This document shows positions 9,770 to 19,698 of a DNA stretch of 51,108 nucleotides, in pieces. Numbering within the stretch: the first letter of the stretch is position 1; the number at the start of each line of letters is the position of its first letter. The DNA is taken from NCBI GenBank assembly GCA_020724725.1, contig DYGL01000003.1, positions 1 to 51,108 of the forward strand, given 5' to 3'. Both the position numbers and the translations under genes were made by a program. The DNA is from Candidatus Microgenomatus sp. (GTDB taxonomy: Bacteria; Patescibacteriota; Microgenomatia; UBA1400; PJMF01). The notes under the pieces are model-generated. The model did not search any database and was not told the DNA's origin. It saw nothing but the letters and a program-made list of their open reading frames with translations.

Positions 9770-11300
9770 ATTTAATTAATCCTAATTTTTGATCTAAAAT
9801 AATTTTTTCTTCGCTACTTCTATCTGCCAAACTTTTAATGAAATGATAATTTAAGAGGCGCTCTCCATAATAAAAATTAATAGCATCAGCATCCTGATAC
9901 TTAATTGTAGAGAAAAAATCACTACTTGGTAGCTTCAAATACCAGGCAGTTAAAATGTATTGATATCCACCTTCATCAATTACAGCAATTTCTTGATTGG
10001 GATAATCCTTTTCTGCTTCAAAGAGCAAGTTTTTATATTCGCTAAAAAGAGAAATTGGCTGATTCTTTGGGTAACTCAAAAAATATTTATTGCAATAAAT
10101 ATAACTCTCTATGGCTAAAATAGAAAAGATTAAAATTAAAATAATATTTTTTTGTCTTAAAAAAAATGTGGTCAACTTATCTGTAAAAATTGCTGCTAAA
10201 CAAGCAAGCATAAAAAAGAAAAACAAACTGCGAGTTGCGTGAGGACTATCTACCGTCACTACTGAAGGAGCTAAGGCAATAATTGCCAGGTATAAACAAA
10301 GTAAATTTCTTTTACGTAATTTTTTATCATTTGAAGAAATTAATAACTCTCCTAGTAAATCTATCATCATTAAAATAGCCAAAAAATAAGTTAAATAAAA
10401 CAAGTGTCCAGTAGCTGGTAAGCTATGCCACGGATGAGTACCACCTTTTGTCACCAAGAAATCCAAAGAGAAGCTTTCTAAAAAGTTTTTACCAATTTCT
10501 TTTCCATAAAATAAATATTTATTAGCAAAAACTGTTCGCAAATTTTCTGGAACACTTTGTCTATAAAAGGCAAAGTCTTGCCAAAGACTTTGATCATTAA
10601 AAACAGTAATGCCACTTTTTTGATTAACCAAAGCATAGAAATTAAAAAAGCCAAACAAAAAAATTGCCACAAACAAAGTAAATGGCAACAACCATGATTT
10701 GTATTTTCTTAAACCCTCCTGCCAAACAATAAGCGGCAAAATAAATGGCAAAAGCAACAAGGGAGTGTTGTAGGTTAAAATTGCCAGAAACATTAAAATT
10801 GCGGCCAAGTAGTAATTTTTTTTAGTTCTTAGAGAAAAAAATAAACTAGCTACAAAAAGCAAAAGAGCTAAGTTTGCCTCAAAAGCAATTCTAGAATAAA
10901 AGAAAAAGACTGGATTTAAAGCTATTAGTAAAGACAATAGCAAGGCAGATGAATTTTTGATTTTTAGAACTTCTTTAGCGAAATAGAACGCTAAAACTAT
11001 TAATAAACTGCCGGCTAAAGCAGATGGCAATCTCGTCACAAAATCATTGCTTGGTAAAAAGTTAAATAAAAAAGCTAAAAGATATGGATAACCTGGTAAT
11101 TTATAATCACCAAAAGACTTAAACGTTAGCGGTAACTTCGCTTGCCATTCATCCATGCCTGTTTCTTTTATCAAGAAGGCGTTGTAGGCCAAGGCTGCTT
11201 CATCTCGATTTAAAATTGATGGCAAGTCGTCTAATCTAATCACTCTTAAACTAAATCCAAGTAAGAAAAATAGAGCTAATAAGATTTTATTTAACTTCAT
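9762..11300 (-). CDS. ArnT/PMT-like GT-C glycosyltransferase
   Basis: RDEA, SFGDYKLP, TRLPS, YSRIAFEAN, PHATR motifs. Confidence 0.8.
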   Translation of the reverse strand: MKLNKILLALFFLLGFSLRVIRLDDLPSILNRDEAALAYNAFLIKETGMDEWQAKLPLTFKSFGDYKLPGYPYLLAFLFNFLPSNDFVTRLPSALAGSLLIVLAFYFAKEVLKIKNSSALLLSLLIALNPVFFFYSRIAFEANLALLLFVASLFFSLRTKKNYYLAAILMFLAILTYNTPLLLLPFILPLIVWQEGLRKYKSWLLPFTLFVAIFLFGFFNFYALVNQKSGITVFNDQSLWQDFAFYRQSVPENLRTVFANKYLFYGKEIGKNFLESFSLDFLVTKGGTHPWHSLPATGHLFYLTYFLAILMMIDLLGELLISSNDKKLRKRNLLCLYLAIIALAPSVVTVDSPHATRSLFFFFMLACLAAIFTDKLTTFFLRQKNIILILIFSILAIESYIYCNKYFLSYPKNQPISLFSEYKNLLFEAEKDYPNQEIAVIDEGGYQYILTAWYLKLPSSDFFSTIKYQDADAINFYYGERLLNYHFIKSLADRSSEEKIILDQKLGLIKYE

Positions 11301-12897
11301 AAAATTCCCAAGTCTTATCTTTATTTAAACGAACAAGCAGGCTGTTTTTTTGATCAGTGAGTTGATCAAATTTATTTACGAATTCTAAATTATCAAAATT
11401 GAGAAATTCACCTTGATCTTTTTTAGCAATTTTAGCAAAACTTTGGACAGTACTGGGGTCTATTTGATTGTAAAAGAAATAATACATGGCTGGTCTACCC
11501 TGCTCTCTGCTTATATAAATTTTTTCATAATTATTGCGCACTGCAAATACCTTTTTGACCATTTCTTCATAACCAAACTGCCATTCTTGCTTGTACTTTT
11601 CTGGATAAACAAAAATCAATTGATAGAAAAATTTAGAAAAATAAAGAGAATAAATAAAAATAATTGTTCCAATTAAATAAACTTTTAAGTGTTGTTTTTT
11701 AATTAGGCTTAAAACTTGCCAGATTCCAAAGCTTAAAAAAATAATAAAAACTGGTAAAGCAGATAAAGTTCTTAGCGCATGAGGCACCGCTTTTGTAAAA
11801 GCCGCTGGCAGGATCATGCAAATCAAATAAAAGATCAGTAACAAGTTAATTGACTTTTTTTGTCTAAACAAAAAGATTAGGGCAAAAATAAAGAAAATCG
11901 CATCTAAATAATAAAACTGACCAAAAGTTTGAATGCTGTGTCTAGGATTAGCATCACCATTTACAAACAAATAATCAAATCGAAAATGACTTATAAAGTT
12001 TTCCAACACTTCTCTAGTAAAAAACAAATAACGATGATAAAGAATCTTCGACCAAAAAGTTTCACCGTGAATTTCAATTTGTTGGTTGCTTTCTTGAATA
12101 ATAGACAAATCATTAAAAATGCTAGTCTCAGCTATTCTTTGTTGACCTGATTTATCAAAAAGCGCCAATGCTATGGGAGAAAAAACAAAAAAAGCAGTCA
12201 AGCCAGATATTATTAAAGCTTTGTAGTTCAATTTTGATTTTTTACGCCAAAAGTAAAAAACAAGTAAGGCAATTCCCAGCAAAGGAGCACTGACTCGATT
12301 GGCGTGGTAAGCATAAGTTGAGAGACTAAGCAGTAAAGTTGACAAAACAGCCCATTTGCCAAGGTTTGTCACTACAAAAAACAACCAAAAATTTACTCCC
12401 CAAACCACCAAAGCAGTAGCCAGCGTGCTTTCCCAGGCCGATCTAGAAAAAGTGAGAAGCCATGGTGAAACAGAGCTTAAAAATAAGGCTAAATAAAAAA
12501 TATAATTGGCTAATTTGGATTGATTTTTATAATAAAAATACAGAAAAACAGTTCTAGCTAAAAAGGCTGAACCAAAAATAATTAAAATAGAAGCCAAAAT
12601 TGTTGGCAAGCGAACTGCTAAAACACTTAAGCCCATTGCCTTGATGAAGGGCACTAAAACATAAAAATATAAACTAGGTTTAAAGTCACCAAAAGATTCG
12701 AAAGCAATAAGAGGTAAAAAGTGTCCATGATGATCTCTTAAAGTTTTGGAGATACTATAAGCATCATAGCCCAGGGCAACCTCTTCCCAATAAGGACTTG
12801 GTGGAGAAACATTGAGGTAAGCAAAACGAGTAAACAAAATTAAAGTCAAAAGAAAAATTAAGCAAGCAATTTTCCACCATTTTTTGTCTTTAATCAT
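11287..12897 (-). CDS. ArnT/PMT-like GT-C glycosyltransferase
   Basis: WEEVALGYDA, SFGDFKP, VRLP, SPW..FSRSAWE, PHALR. Start 12897 gives an ATGA overlap; 12903 is an alternative. Confidence 0.8.
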   Translation of the reverse strand: MIKDKKWWKIACLIFLLTLILFTRFAYLNVSPPSPYWEEVALGYDAYSISKTLRDHHGHFLPLIAFESFGDFKPSLYFYVLVPFIKAMGLSVLAVRLPTILASILIIFGSAFLARTVFLYFYYKNQSKLANYIFYLALFLSSVSPWLLTFSRSAWESTLATALVVWGVNFWLFFVVTNLGKWAVLSTLLLSLSTYAYHANRVSAPLLGIALLVFYFWRKKSKLNYKALIISGLTAFFVFSPIALALFDKSGQQRIAETSIFNDLSIIQESNQQIEIHGETFWSKILYHRYLFFTREVLENFISHFRFDYLFVNGDANPRHSIQTFGQFYYLDAIFFIFALIFLFRQKKSINLLLIFYLICMILPAAFTKAVPHALRTLSALPVFIIFLSFGIWQVLSLIKKQHLKVYLIGTIIFIYSLYFSKFFYQLIFVYPEKYKQEWQFGYEEMVKKVFAVRNNYEKIYISREQGRPAMYYFFYNQIDPSTVQSFAKIAKKDQGEFLNFDNLEFVNKFDQLTDQKNSLLVRLNKDKTWEFYEVK

Positions 12898-14600
12898 TTG
12901 CATTTACCAGTCCTTGTCAGCTCTTCACCAAAAGAACTTAAGTCAATAATAAAGGCATAGGTCAAGGCTCCAGATCTTGATTTAATTCGAGTTAAAATAT
13001 GATCCTTGCTAAGCCAATGATTATCTACGTAAATAACTCTTAGTCCTTTTAAATGGGCAGCGCAAGCTAAGGTGTTTGGTTCTTCATTTTTGGCTACTCT
13101 ATATTTGCCTAAAGACAAGGCGTGTTGGAAACCAGAACCTTCGCTTTGATCTAAAACAATTTTACTTTGATAGTAAATTGGTTCAATTTTCTGATAATAA
13201 GCGTAGTACATCAAAGGGTCAGAAAAAAAGCTTTGAATTATCACTTCATCGACTTCATTTTTCTTCACATAGTCATCGGTAAAAGCAAAAATATCTTTGG
13301 CAAAGGAATCATAATAAAAATCCTTTTTGCTAGCGTGTACGCTAATAAAATTTACGAAGTAAGTTGATAAAGAAGTTAGACATAAAATCAAAAGCAATAA
13401 ATCAAAGTAAATTTTTTTAGTCAGTTTTTCATTTAAAAATTCATAAGCCATAGTAAAAATTGGCAAAATAAAAATAAATAAAGCTGAGATTCTAATTTTT
13501 TGTACACCAGATAAAATGGCTGGAATTGGAACTATCAATAATCCACTCAGTAAAAAAAATAAAAATAATTTTGATTCTTTGTTTTTTTTATTAAAAAATT
13601 TATAAACAAAAATAGCCAAACCAATTAAATACAAAGGCAATAAAAAGGTGGCAAATAAACCAGTGTCATCAACATTCATGTAGGTTAAATTTTCATCACC
13701 TTTAATAAAAAGATACTCTGGAGAATAGCTTTTAATAAAATCATTAATTAATTCTTTGGAGTAAACAATCGGCTTATTGAAAATTCCATAACAAAGCAAT
13801 TTTGGGTAATTTTGCAAACAAAAATGTCTATTTTCGTTAACGGTGGCTATTAATTGTTCGTTGCTAAAAACACCAACTTGTTTAAATCTAGCCAAATTTG
13901 AGTTGGCAGCTTGACCAAAGAAAAAAGGCACTATCAGCAAAGAAAAGAGTGTTAAAAACATTCCAGTTTTTAACTTGTTTTTTTTGCTAAAAAAGAAAAA
14001 ATAAACGGCAAAAAATAAAACAAAAAAAACTGCTATAAATTTATAAATCACGTAGGCATAAATACTTAAAGCAAAAAATAAAGCTGACAATAAAAAGAAA
14101 AGTAAATTTGGTTTTAAACGAGCTTTAAAAATAAAAAGCAAAGCTAAACTAAAAAATAAAAGGCCGAGATTGGCTTCATAGGCAAAGCGGCTCAAGATGA
14201 AAGTCCAAGGAGAAATCAGGGTTAGTAAAGCAGCTAAAAAAGCAGCTTTTTTACTAAACTTCCATTCCAAAAAGAGCAGGTAAACAACGAAAACTAGTAA
14301 AATTCCACTGATAGCCGCTGGCAATCTTGCCGCCAAATTATTTAGGTCAAAAAAACTGACAAACGGCAATAAAGCGTAAACTTGTGCTGGTAATTTATAA
14401 TCGCCAAAACCCTTAAAAACCACAGGGTAACTTAAACCGTGTTCGTCCTTGCCAGTTTTAAGCAAAGAATAAGAAATATAAGCATAATGCGCCTCATCTA
14501 TGATTAATGTAGATGGAGCTTCTGACAACTTGTAAAGTCTAGTAAAAACCGCTAAAGCCAAAAGTAACAGTATAACTAAAGGCCAAAGAACTTTTTTCAT
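12894..14600 (-). CDS. ArnT/PMT-like GT-C glycosyltransferase
   Basis: IDEA, GFGDYKLP, ARLP, SPW...SRFAYEAN. Start moved to 14600 (ATGA overlap with the flippase stop). Confidence 0.8.
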   Translation of the reverse strand: MKKVLWPLVILLLLALAVFTRLYKLSEAPSTLIIDEAHYAYISYSLLKTGKDEHGLSYPVVFKGFGDYKLPAQVYALLPFVSFFDLNNLAARLPAAISGILLVFVVYLLFLEWKFSKKAAFLAALLTLISPWTFILSRFAYEANLGLLFFSLALLFIFKARLKPNLLFFLLSALFFALSIYAYVIYKFIAVFFVLFFAVYFFFFSKKNKLKTGMFLTLFSLLIVPFFFGQAANSNLARFKQVGVFSNEQLIATVNENRHFCLQNYPKLLCYGIFNKPIVYSKELINDFIKSYSPEYLFIKGDENLTYMNVDDTGLFATFLLPLYLIGLAIFVYKFFNKKNKESKLFLFFLLSGLLIVPIPAILSGVQKIRISALFIFILPIFTMAYEFLNEKLTKKIYFDLLLLILCLTSLSTYFVNFISVHASKKDFYYDSFAKDIFAFTDDYVKKNEVDEVIIQSFFSDPLMYYAYYQKIEPIYYQSKIVLDQSEGSGFQHALSLGKYRVAKNEEPNTLACAAHLKGLRVIYVDNHWLSKDHILTRIKSRSGALTYAFIIDLSSFGEELTRTGKCK

Positions 14601-16081
14601 ATATTTTTTTTCAAACTTTTGATTTCTTGCCAAAATTTTTCTTTAGAAAGTAATAGAAAAACTACGATATAAACCAAAAGTGAGGCAAAGCCACCGCTAA
14701 AGAATAAGAAATAACTTTCAGCCCACCACTTAATTCCCAAAAATCCGAAAATTGCCATAGCTAAACTTGCCAATAATTGAGGCCAGATATTCTTTATAAT
14801 TTCCAAGTCTATATATTTTTTGGCCATAAAAACTGAAAAAATAGAAGTAAAAGAAATTAAAAAAGCCGCGATAGCCACGCCGTTAAAAGCAAATTTCCAA
14901 ACTAAAATTGGAGTGAGAACCCAAGTTAAAACTGTCCACAAAACCATCAATTTGAGAGTTTGATCAATCTTGCCAATCGCATTAAGACTATTTATTAAAG
15001 GTGTGGAAATGGCTGACCAGGCTACACTTAAAGAAAATAAAATAAAACTAAAAATAGCTGGCTGCCACTTGACATACTTATCGACGAGTTCAGTAAGAGG
15101 ATAAATAAAAATCGACATGCCTACTAGAATTGGAAAAATAAACAAAGCAATGAAAAAAATAGATTTCTCAATAGCTTTTTTAAGCAAATCCTTGTGAGAC
15201 TGTAGTCTAGAAAAAGTTGGGAAAGTAATGGCCATAACATTTTGTACAGTCAAATTATATGGATACATAGACCAATTTTTTGACCATTGTAAGTAGCCGA
15301 AATCTTTAAGAGGCAAAAAAGCTCCCAAAGCTAAAAAATAAAGCTGATCTTTAATACGAGCCAAAAAATCATTAATTTGAAATTTCAAACCGAAGCCAAG
15401 CAGGCCTTTAAGAGATTTTTTAGCAATTTTTAGGCTGGGTCGCCAAGGTTGAATAATTTGCATTACAATTAAACCGAGTACAGATCGAGACAAAATGGCA
15501 TAAAAATAAGCAGTTACCCCATAACCTTTCCAGGCTAAAACAATCAAAATCAAATGAAAAATTAATTGCTCAAAAATTTGAGGCAAAATTAACTTATTAA
15601 AATCAAGTTTACGTTCCAAAATAATCGAAGGAATAGTTTTGAAGGTGGCCAAAGGAAAAGAAATAGCTAAAGCCAGTAAAACCAAGTTGCCAGCAGAGCC
15701 TATCTTGGCATTTAAAAAACCAAAATGAATGATCAGATAAACTAAAAAGAAAATTAGCAAAGATAAAATAAGTTGCACTGTGAAAGCTGTTTTTAAATCA
15801 TCTTGAGTTGGTTCATCTTTTTTCTGAATTAAAGAAGCTGCTAAGCCAATATCAGAAAAGAAAACCAAAAGAGCAATGATTTGAGTCACAATGCCGAAAA
15901 TACCGAAGTCTTCAGGAGAAAGAAAGGCACTCAAAACAAAAGCTGAAGCTAAGCCAATTCCCTGTAAAAGTAAGGTGCGTAAAAAAAACGACAAAACTCC
16001 ACGCACCGATTTTTTCTTAATTTTATCAATCTCTTCAACACTCAATTCTTCTGAAGCGAGGGAAATTTCCTGATCAACCAT
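14597..16081 (-). CDS. wzx: Wzx-type oligosaccharide flippase (MOP superfamily)
   Basis: LSPEDFGIFG, SDIGLAASLIQ, ITFPTFSRLQ motifs; about 12-14 TM helices. Confidence 0.85.
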   Translation of the reverse strand: MVDQEISLASEELSVEEIDKIKKKSVRGVLSFFLRTLLLQGIGLASAFVLSAFLSPEDFGIFGIVTQIIALLVFFSDIGLAASLIQKKDEPTQDDLKTAFTVQLILSLLIFFLVYLIIHFGFLNAKIGSAGNLVLLALAISFPLATFKTIPSIILERKLDFNKLILPQIFEQLIFHLILIVLAWKGYGVTAYFYAILSRSVLGLIVMQIIQPWRPSLKIAKKSLKGLLGFGLKFQINDFLARIKDQLYFLALGAFLPLKDFGYLQWSKNWSMYPYNLTVQNVMAITFPTFSRLQSHKDLLKKAIEKSIFFIALFIFPILVGMSIFIYPLTELVDKYVKWQPAIFSFILFSLSVAWSAISTPLINSLNAIGKIDQTLKLMVLWTVLTWVLTPILVWKFAFNGVAIAAFLISFTSIFSVFMAKKYIDLEIIKNIWPQLLASLAMAIFGFLGIKWWAESYFLFFSGGFASLLVYIVVFLLLSKEKFWQEIKSLKKNI

Positions 16082-16112
16082 ATATTGTTCATTCTATGCG
16101 ACTTTTTTCTCT

Positions 16113-16141
16113 TTGAAAATAAGCGGCTTTTACAATATACT
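16113..16141 (+). promoter_or_regulatory. Sigma70-type promoter for the LCP-rmlB operon (probably leaderless)
   Basis: TTGAAA (16113-16118), 17-nt spacer, TATACT (16136-16141); ATG 8 nt downstream; no SD. Confidence 0.55.
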
Positions 16142-16149
16142 CGAAATCA

Positions 16150-17259
16150 ATGAGCTCAAATTTGGTTTTTACTCTTGAATATCGTAAGCCAGGAATTTTC
16201 CTGAAAGTGGTTCTTTGGATTTTAGGCCTTCTTTTCCTTTCCTTAATTGCATTATTTGTTTACTTGAACGTCTTAAGTAATCGCTTTATCAAAGCATTCG
16301 TCAAGGGAGCGGAAGTCACAAAAGAAGAATTTTTAACTACTGGCACTAACTTTTTCAACCAGTTACAACAAAATTATGAACAAGCACCAAATCTACCTCA
16401 AAAATACAATTTTTTACTACTAGGCACAGATAAATTAAGTGGTAGAGATGGCGACCCTGAGTTAACCGACACAATCCTCTTAGCTCAAATAGATTTTGAA
16501 ACCGGCTTAATCAAAACTCTTTCCTTGCCTAGAGATTTGTATCATGAAGACTATCAAACTAAAATCAATGCTCTTTATTTCTATGGCCAAGAAAAGTATA
16601 AAGATGAGCCAGACAGATTTCCAAGAGAAGTTTTATCAGAAATGACAAATCTTAAAATAGATCAAAGTTTGGTTTTAAGTATTGAAGATCTAGCTGATCT
16701 CATCAATTTAGTTGATGGCATAGAGCTTGATGTGCCCACTGCTTTTACTGATTCGACTTTCCCCGTTCCTGGAATTGACGTAAGTGAAGTCAAAGATCCG
16801 AAGATCCTTTATAAAGAAATTAGTTTCGAAACGGGTAAACAACATATGGATGCTAACAGAGCCTTGGAGTATGTGCGCAGTCGTTATAGCTCTGGAAATG
16901 AAGGTACTGATGAGGCCAGAGCAATACGTCAGCAGCTTGTTTTAGAAGCTTTATTTCAAAAAATCTTGTCCATTAGAAGTCCAGAGAAATTCGGCCAACT
17001 TTATCGTTTTTATTTAGACCGTTTTGAGAAATATATTTCCCTTGATGAAATTAATCCTATCGCTGCCAGATATTTACTTTATTTAGAAAAAAATCCAAAT
17101 GGCCAACTTAGTTTTGAAAAACATCAGTTGCCTATCTATCCAGAAAATGAAGAGGGTGTGATTTTTAACCCACCACTTTGGCAAACCAAACAGCAATGGC
17201 TTTATAAGATAAAGGATGAAAATAAGTTTCATGAAAACATTCAAGCTATTTTCAACTAA
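16150..17259 (+). CDS. LytR-CpsA-Psr (LCP) family glycopolymer transferase
   Basis: N-terminal TM; NFLLLGTD, TDTILL, LSLPRDL, KINA, ALEYVRSR, D..R..RQQ motifs. Confidence 0.92.
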   Translation: MSSNLVFTLEYRKPGIFLKVVLWILGLLFLSLIALFVYLNVLSNRFIKAFVKGAEVTKEEFLTTGTNFFNQLQQNYEQAPNLPQKYNFLLLGTDKLSGRDGDPELTDTILLAQIDFETGLIKTLSLPRDLYHEDYQTKINALYFYGQEKYKDEPDRFPREVLSEMTNLKIDQSLVLSIEDLADLINLVDGIELDVPTAFTDSTFPVPGIDVSEVKDPKILYKEISFETGKQHMDANRALEYVRSRYSSGNEGTDEARAIRQQLVLEALFQKILSIRSPEKFGQLYRFYLDRFEKYISLDEINPIAARYLLYLEKNPNGQLSFEKHQLPIYPENEEGVIFNPPLWQTKQQWLYKIKDENKFHENIQAIFN

Positions 17260-17377
17260 AAATTTGATTCGCTTATTATTTGCCAGCGTAGTAGTCTTAT
17301 CTTTTGTGGCTGGATTTTATCAATCGTCTCTTGAAGTAGAAAAAAGGAAAAATCAACTTTTAGAATATGCAAAATAA
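17231..17377 (+). CDS. Small single-TM protein, 48 aa (not in the ORF track)
   Basis: MKTFKLFSTKNLIRLLFASVVVLSFVAGFYQSSLEVEKRKNQLLEYAK*. Fills the LCP-rmlB gap and overlaps both neighbours. Confidence 0.5.
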   Translation: MKTFKLFSTKNLIRLLFASVVVLSFVAGFYQSSLEVEKRKNQLLEYAK

Positions 17378-18392
17378 AAAAACAATTTTAGTTACTGGCG
17401 GAGCTGGCTTTATTGGGTCAAACTTTGTTTATCATTACTTAACCAACCACCCAAATGACAAAATTATCAATCTAGACCTTCTCACTTACGCTGGTAATTT
17501 GAGTACTTTAGAGGGCTTAGAGGGATATGGTAATCATAAATTTGTACATGGAGATATCAGAGACGCTAAGCTAGTCGACCAAATTGTGGCTGAGGTAGAC
17601 ATGGTTGTACACTTTGCAGCTGAAACTCACGTTGATCGCTCTATCATGGAGCCAGCCATTTTTCTAGAAACCAACATTATCGGCACTCAGGTTTTACTTG
17701 ACGCAGCCCTGCGCCACAAAATCAAGCGCTTCCATCATATTTCCACTGATGAAGTTTTTGGTGCTTTACCACTCAACTCAACAGAAAAATTTAACGAAAA
17801 CACTCCTTACGATCCTCATAGTCCCTACTCTGCCTCTAAAGCAGCTTCAGATCATCTGGTCAGAGCTTATGGTGATACTTATGGTTTACCATACACTCTA
17901 AGCAATTGTTCCAATAATTATGGTGAATTTCATTTTCCAGAAAAAATGATTCCGCTCGCTATTACCAATCTGATTGATGATCAAAAAGTTCCTGTTTACG
18001 GAGATGGTCTTTATGTACGTGATTGGCTCTATGTACAGGATCACGCCAAAGGCATTGAGCTAATTTTGGAAAATGGAGAAGTTGGGCAAACTTATCTCTT
18101 TGGAGGTTTGTATAAAGATGTGAATAATCTTGAATTAGTCAAAATGATTCTTAAAATTATGGATAAAGATGAAAGCTACATCGAACATGTCACAGATCGC
18201 CCCGGACATGACCGTCGCTACAGTGTAGACTTTTCCCAAACTAGCATGAAGCTAGGTTGGCAACCAAGTGTTAGCTTGGAAGAAGGTTTACATAAAACCA
18301 TTACTTGGTATCAAGAAAACCAAGCCTGGTGGAGACCACTTAAAGAAAAAAACCAAGCCTACTTTAAGAAACAATATCAAGAAAGAAAATAA
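17367..18392 (+). CDS. rmlB: dTDP-glucose 4,6-dehydratase
   Basis: GGAGFIG, HFAAETHVDRSI, ISTDEVFG, PYSASK, DRPGHDRRY motifs. Confidence 0.96.
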   Translation: MQNKKTILVTGGAGFIGSNFVYHYLTNHPNDKIINLDLLTYAGNLSTLEGLEGYGNHKFVHGDIRDAKLVDQIVAEVDMVVHFAAETHVDRSIMEPAIFLETNIIGTQVLLDAALRHKIKRFHHISTDEVFGALPLNSTEKFNENTPYDPHSPYSASKAASDHLVRAYGDTYGLPYTLSNCSNNYGEFHFPEKMIPLAITNLIDDQKVPVYGDGLYVRDWLYVQDHAKGIELILENGEVGQTYLFGGLYKDVNNLELVKMILKIMDKDESYIEHVTDRPGHDRRYSVDFSQTSMKLGWQPSVSLEEGLHKTITWYQENQAWWRPLKEKNQAYFKKQYQERK

Positions 18393-18395
18393 ATT

Positions 18396-19280
18396 ATGAA
18401 TAAAATTCCTCTTTTAGGTACTGGACTCAATGGTCTGATTGGTTCCAAATTTGTAGTAGATTTTGCTGATAAGTACGATTTTGATAATCTAGATCTAAGA
18501 AATCCGCTTCGTCCAGTTGATATCACCAATGAAAAGCAAGTCATGGCAGTTGTCAGCCAGTCTCCAGCTAAATTTTTGGTGCATATGGCTGCTTACACCG
18601 ATGTGACTGGTGCATGGCAACAAAGTGGCGATAAAAACGGACTTTGCTACGCTGTCAACGTCAAGGGTACAGAAAACCTAGTTAAAGCTTGTGAAGCTAC
18701 TGGCAAACACTTGATCTACCTTTCGACTGCTTATGTTTTTGATGGTGAAAAAACAGAACCTTATTTAGAAACAGACGCAACCAATCCCATTGAATGGTAT
18801 GGTCAAACTAAGGCAATGGCAGAAGAAGTCGTGCAAAAAAGCAATCTCAATTGGACTATCTTGCGCATCGACATGCCTTTTCGTAATGATCGTTTTGAAA
18901 AAATAGACACCTTACATCGCGTGATTGAAGGAATGAAAAGTGGCAAACTTTACCCACAATTTGGCGACCATCACTTTGGCCCAACTTATATCAATGACTT
19001 TGTCAAAATTATTGATTTCATCTTACGTCAAGAAATGACTGGACTTTTCCATGCTTCTTCAGGCGAAACTTGGACAGATTTCGAGTTTGCTAAAATGATT
19101 AACGAAACTTTAAACCTCAACTTCAATGTTCAAGAAGGTTCTCTGGCTAAATACTTAGAAAGCAATAATCGACCTTATCAAAAAAACACTGCTTTAAACA
19201 TCGATAAAATTAAAGCTAGCCTTGATTTTCAACTCAAGAGTATTAGGGAAGCTGTGAAGGAGACCATTTTATGGGATTAG
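18396..19280 (+). CDS. rmlD: dTDP-4-dehydrorhamnose reductase
   Basis: GLNGLIG, AAYTDV, STAYVFDG, YGQTK motifs; follows rmlB. Confidence 0.85.
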   Translation: MNKIPLLGTGLNGLIGSKFVVDFADKYDFDNLDLRNPLRPVDITNEKQVMAVVSQSPAKFLVHMAAYTDVTGAWQQSGDKNGLCYAVNVKGTENLVKACEATGKHLIYLSTAYVFDGEKTEPYLETDATNPIEWYGQTKAMAEEVVQKSNLNWTILRIDMPFRNDRFEKIDTLHRVIEGMKSGKLYPQFGDHHFGPTYINDFVKIIDFILRQEMTGLFHASSGETWTDFEFAKMINETLNLNFNVQEGSLAKYLESNNRPYQKNTALNIDKIKASLDFQLKSIREAVKETILWD

Positions 19281-19471
19281 AAGTCGCTGGAAAAATTGTA
19301 GATTTATCTGAAAAGATGAATGAAGACGATCCGAAAATAATTAGAAAAAGATGCCAAATAATCAGAGACGCTATTTCTGATTTAAAAAAGATCAAAGAAC
19401 CAAGTGCCACACAGCTTTCAGAATTGGAAAGATTAAAAAATCAATTAGCTGAGTTGGAAAGCAAACTTTAA
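19271..19471 (+). CDS. Hypothetical small coiled-coil protein (66 aa)
   Basis: GGAG SD 7 nt upstream of the ATG; overlaps the rmlD end; heptad-like C-terminus. Confidence 0.55.
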   Translation: MGLEVAGKIVDLSEKMNEDDPKIIRKRCQIIRDAISDLKKIKEPSATQLSELERLKNQLAELESKL

Positions 19472-19508
19472 TTTAGATTTTTGATCCAATTTGATATAAT
19501 AGGAGTAT

Positions 19509-19697
19509 ATGGCAGGAGAATATACTGGCAACGAACCAACTGGAATTGAATCAGCTACTTTTGAAATTGAGAGCTACATGAAAAAAAATGAATGCTCAGT
19601 TGATGAGGCATTAACAGCTCTTAAAACAACTTGGGCTAACGATATAGAATTCATTGACTTTCTAGAAGCAGCAGCTACCTATCTCAAAAACAAGTAG
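19509..19697 (+). CDS. Hypothetical small acidic protein (62 aa)
   Basis: TGnTATAAT (19492-19500) and AGGAG directly upstream; ends 1 nt before the trmD stop. Confidence 0.65.
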   Translation: MAGEYTGNEPTGIESATFEIESYMKKNECSVDEALTALKTTWANDIEFIDFLEAAATYLKNK

Positions 19698-19698
19698 T

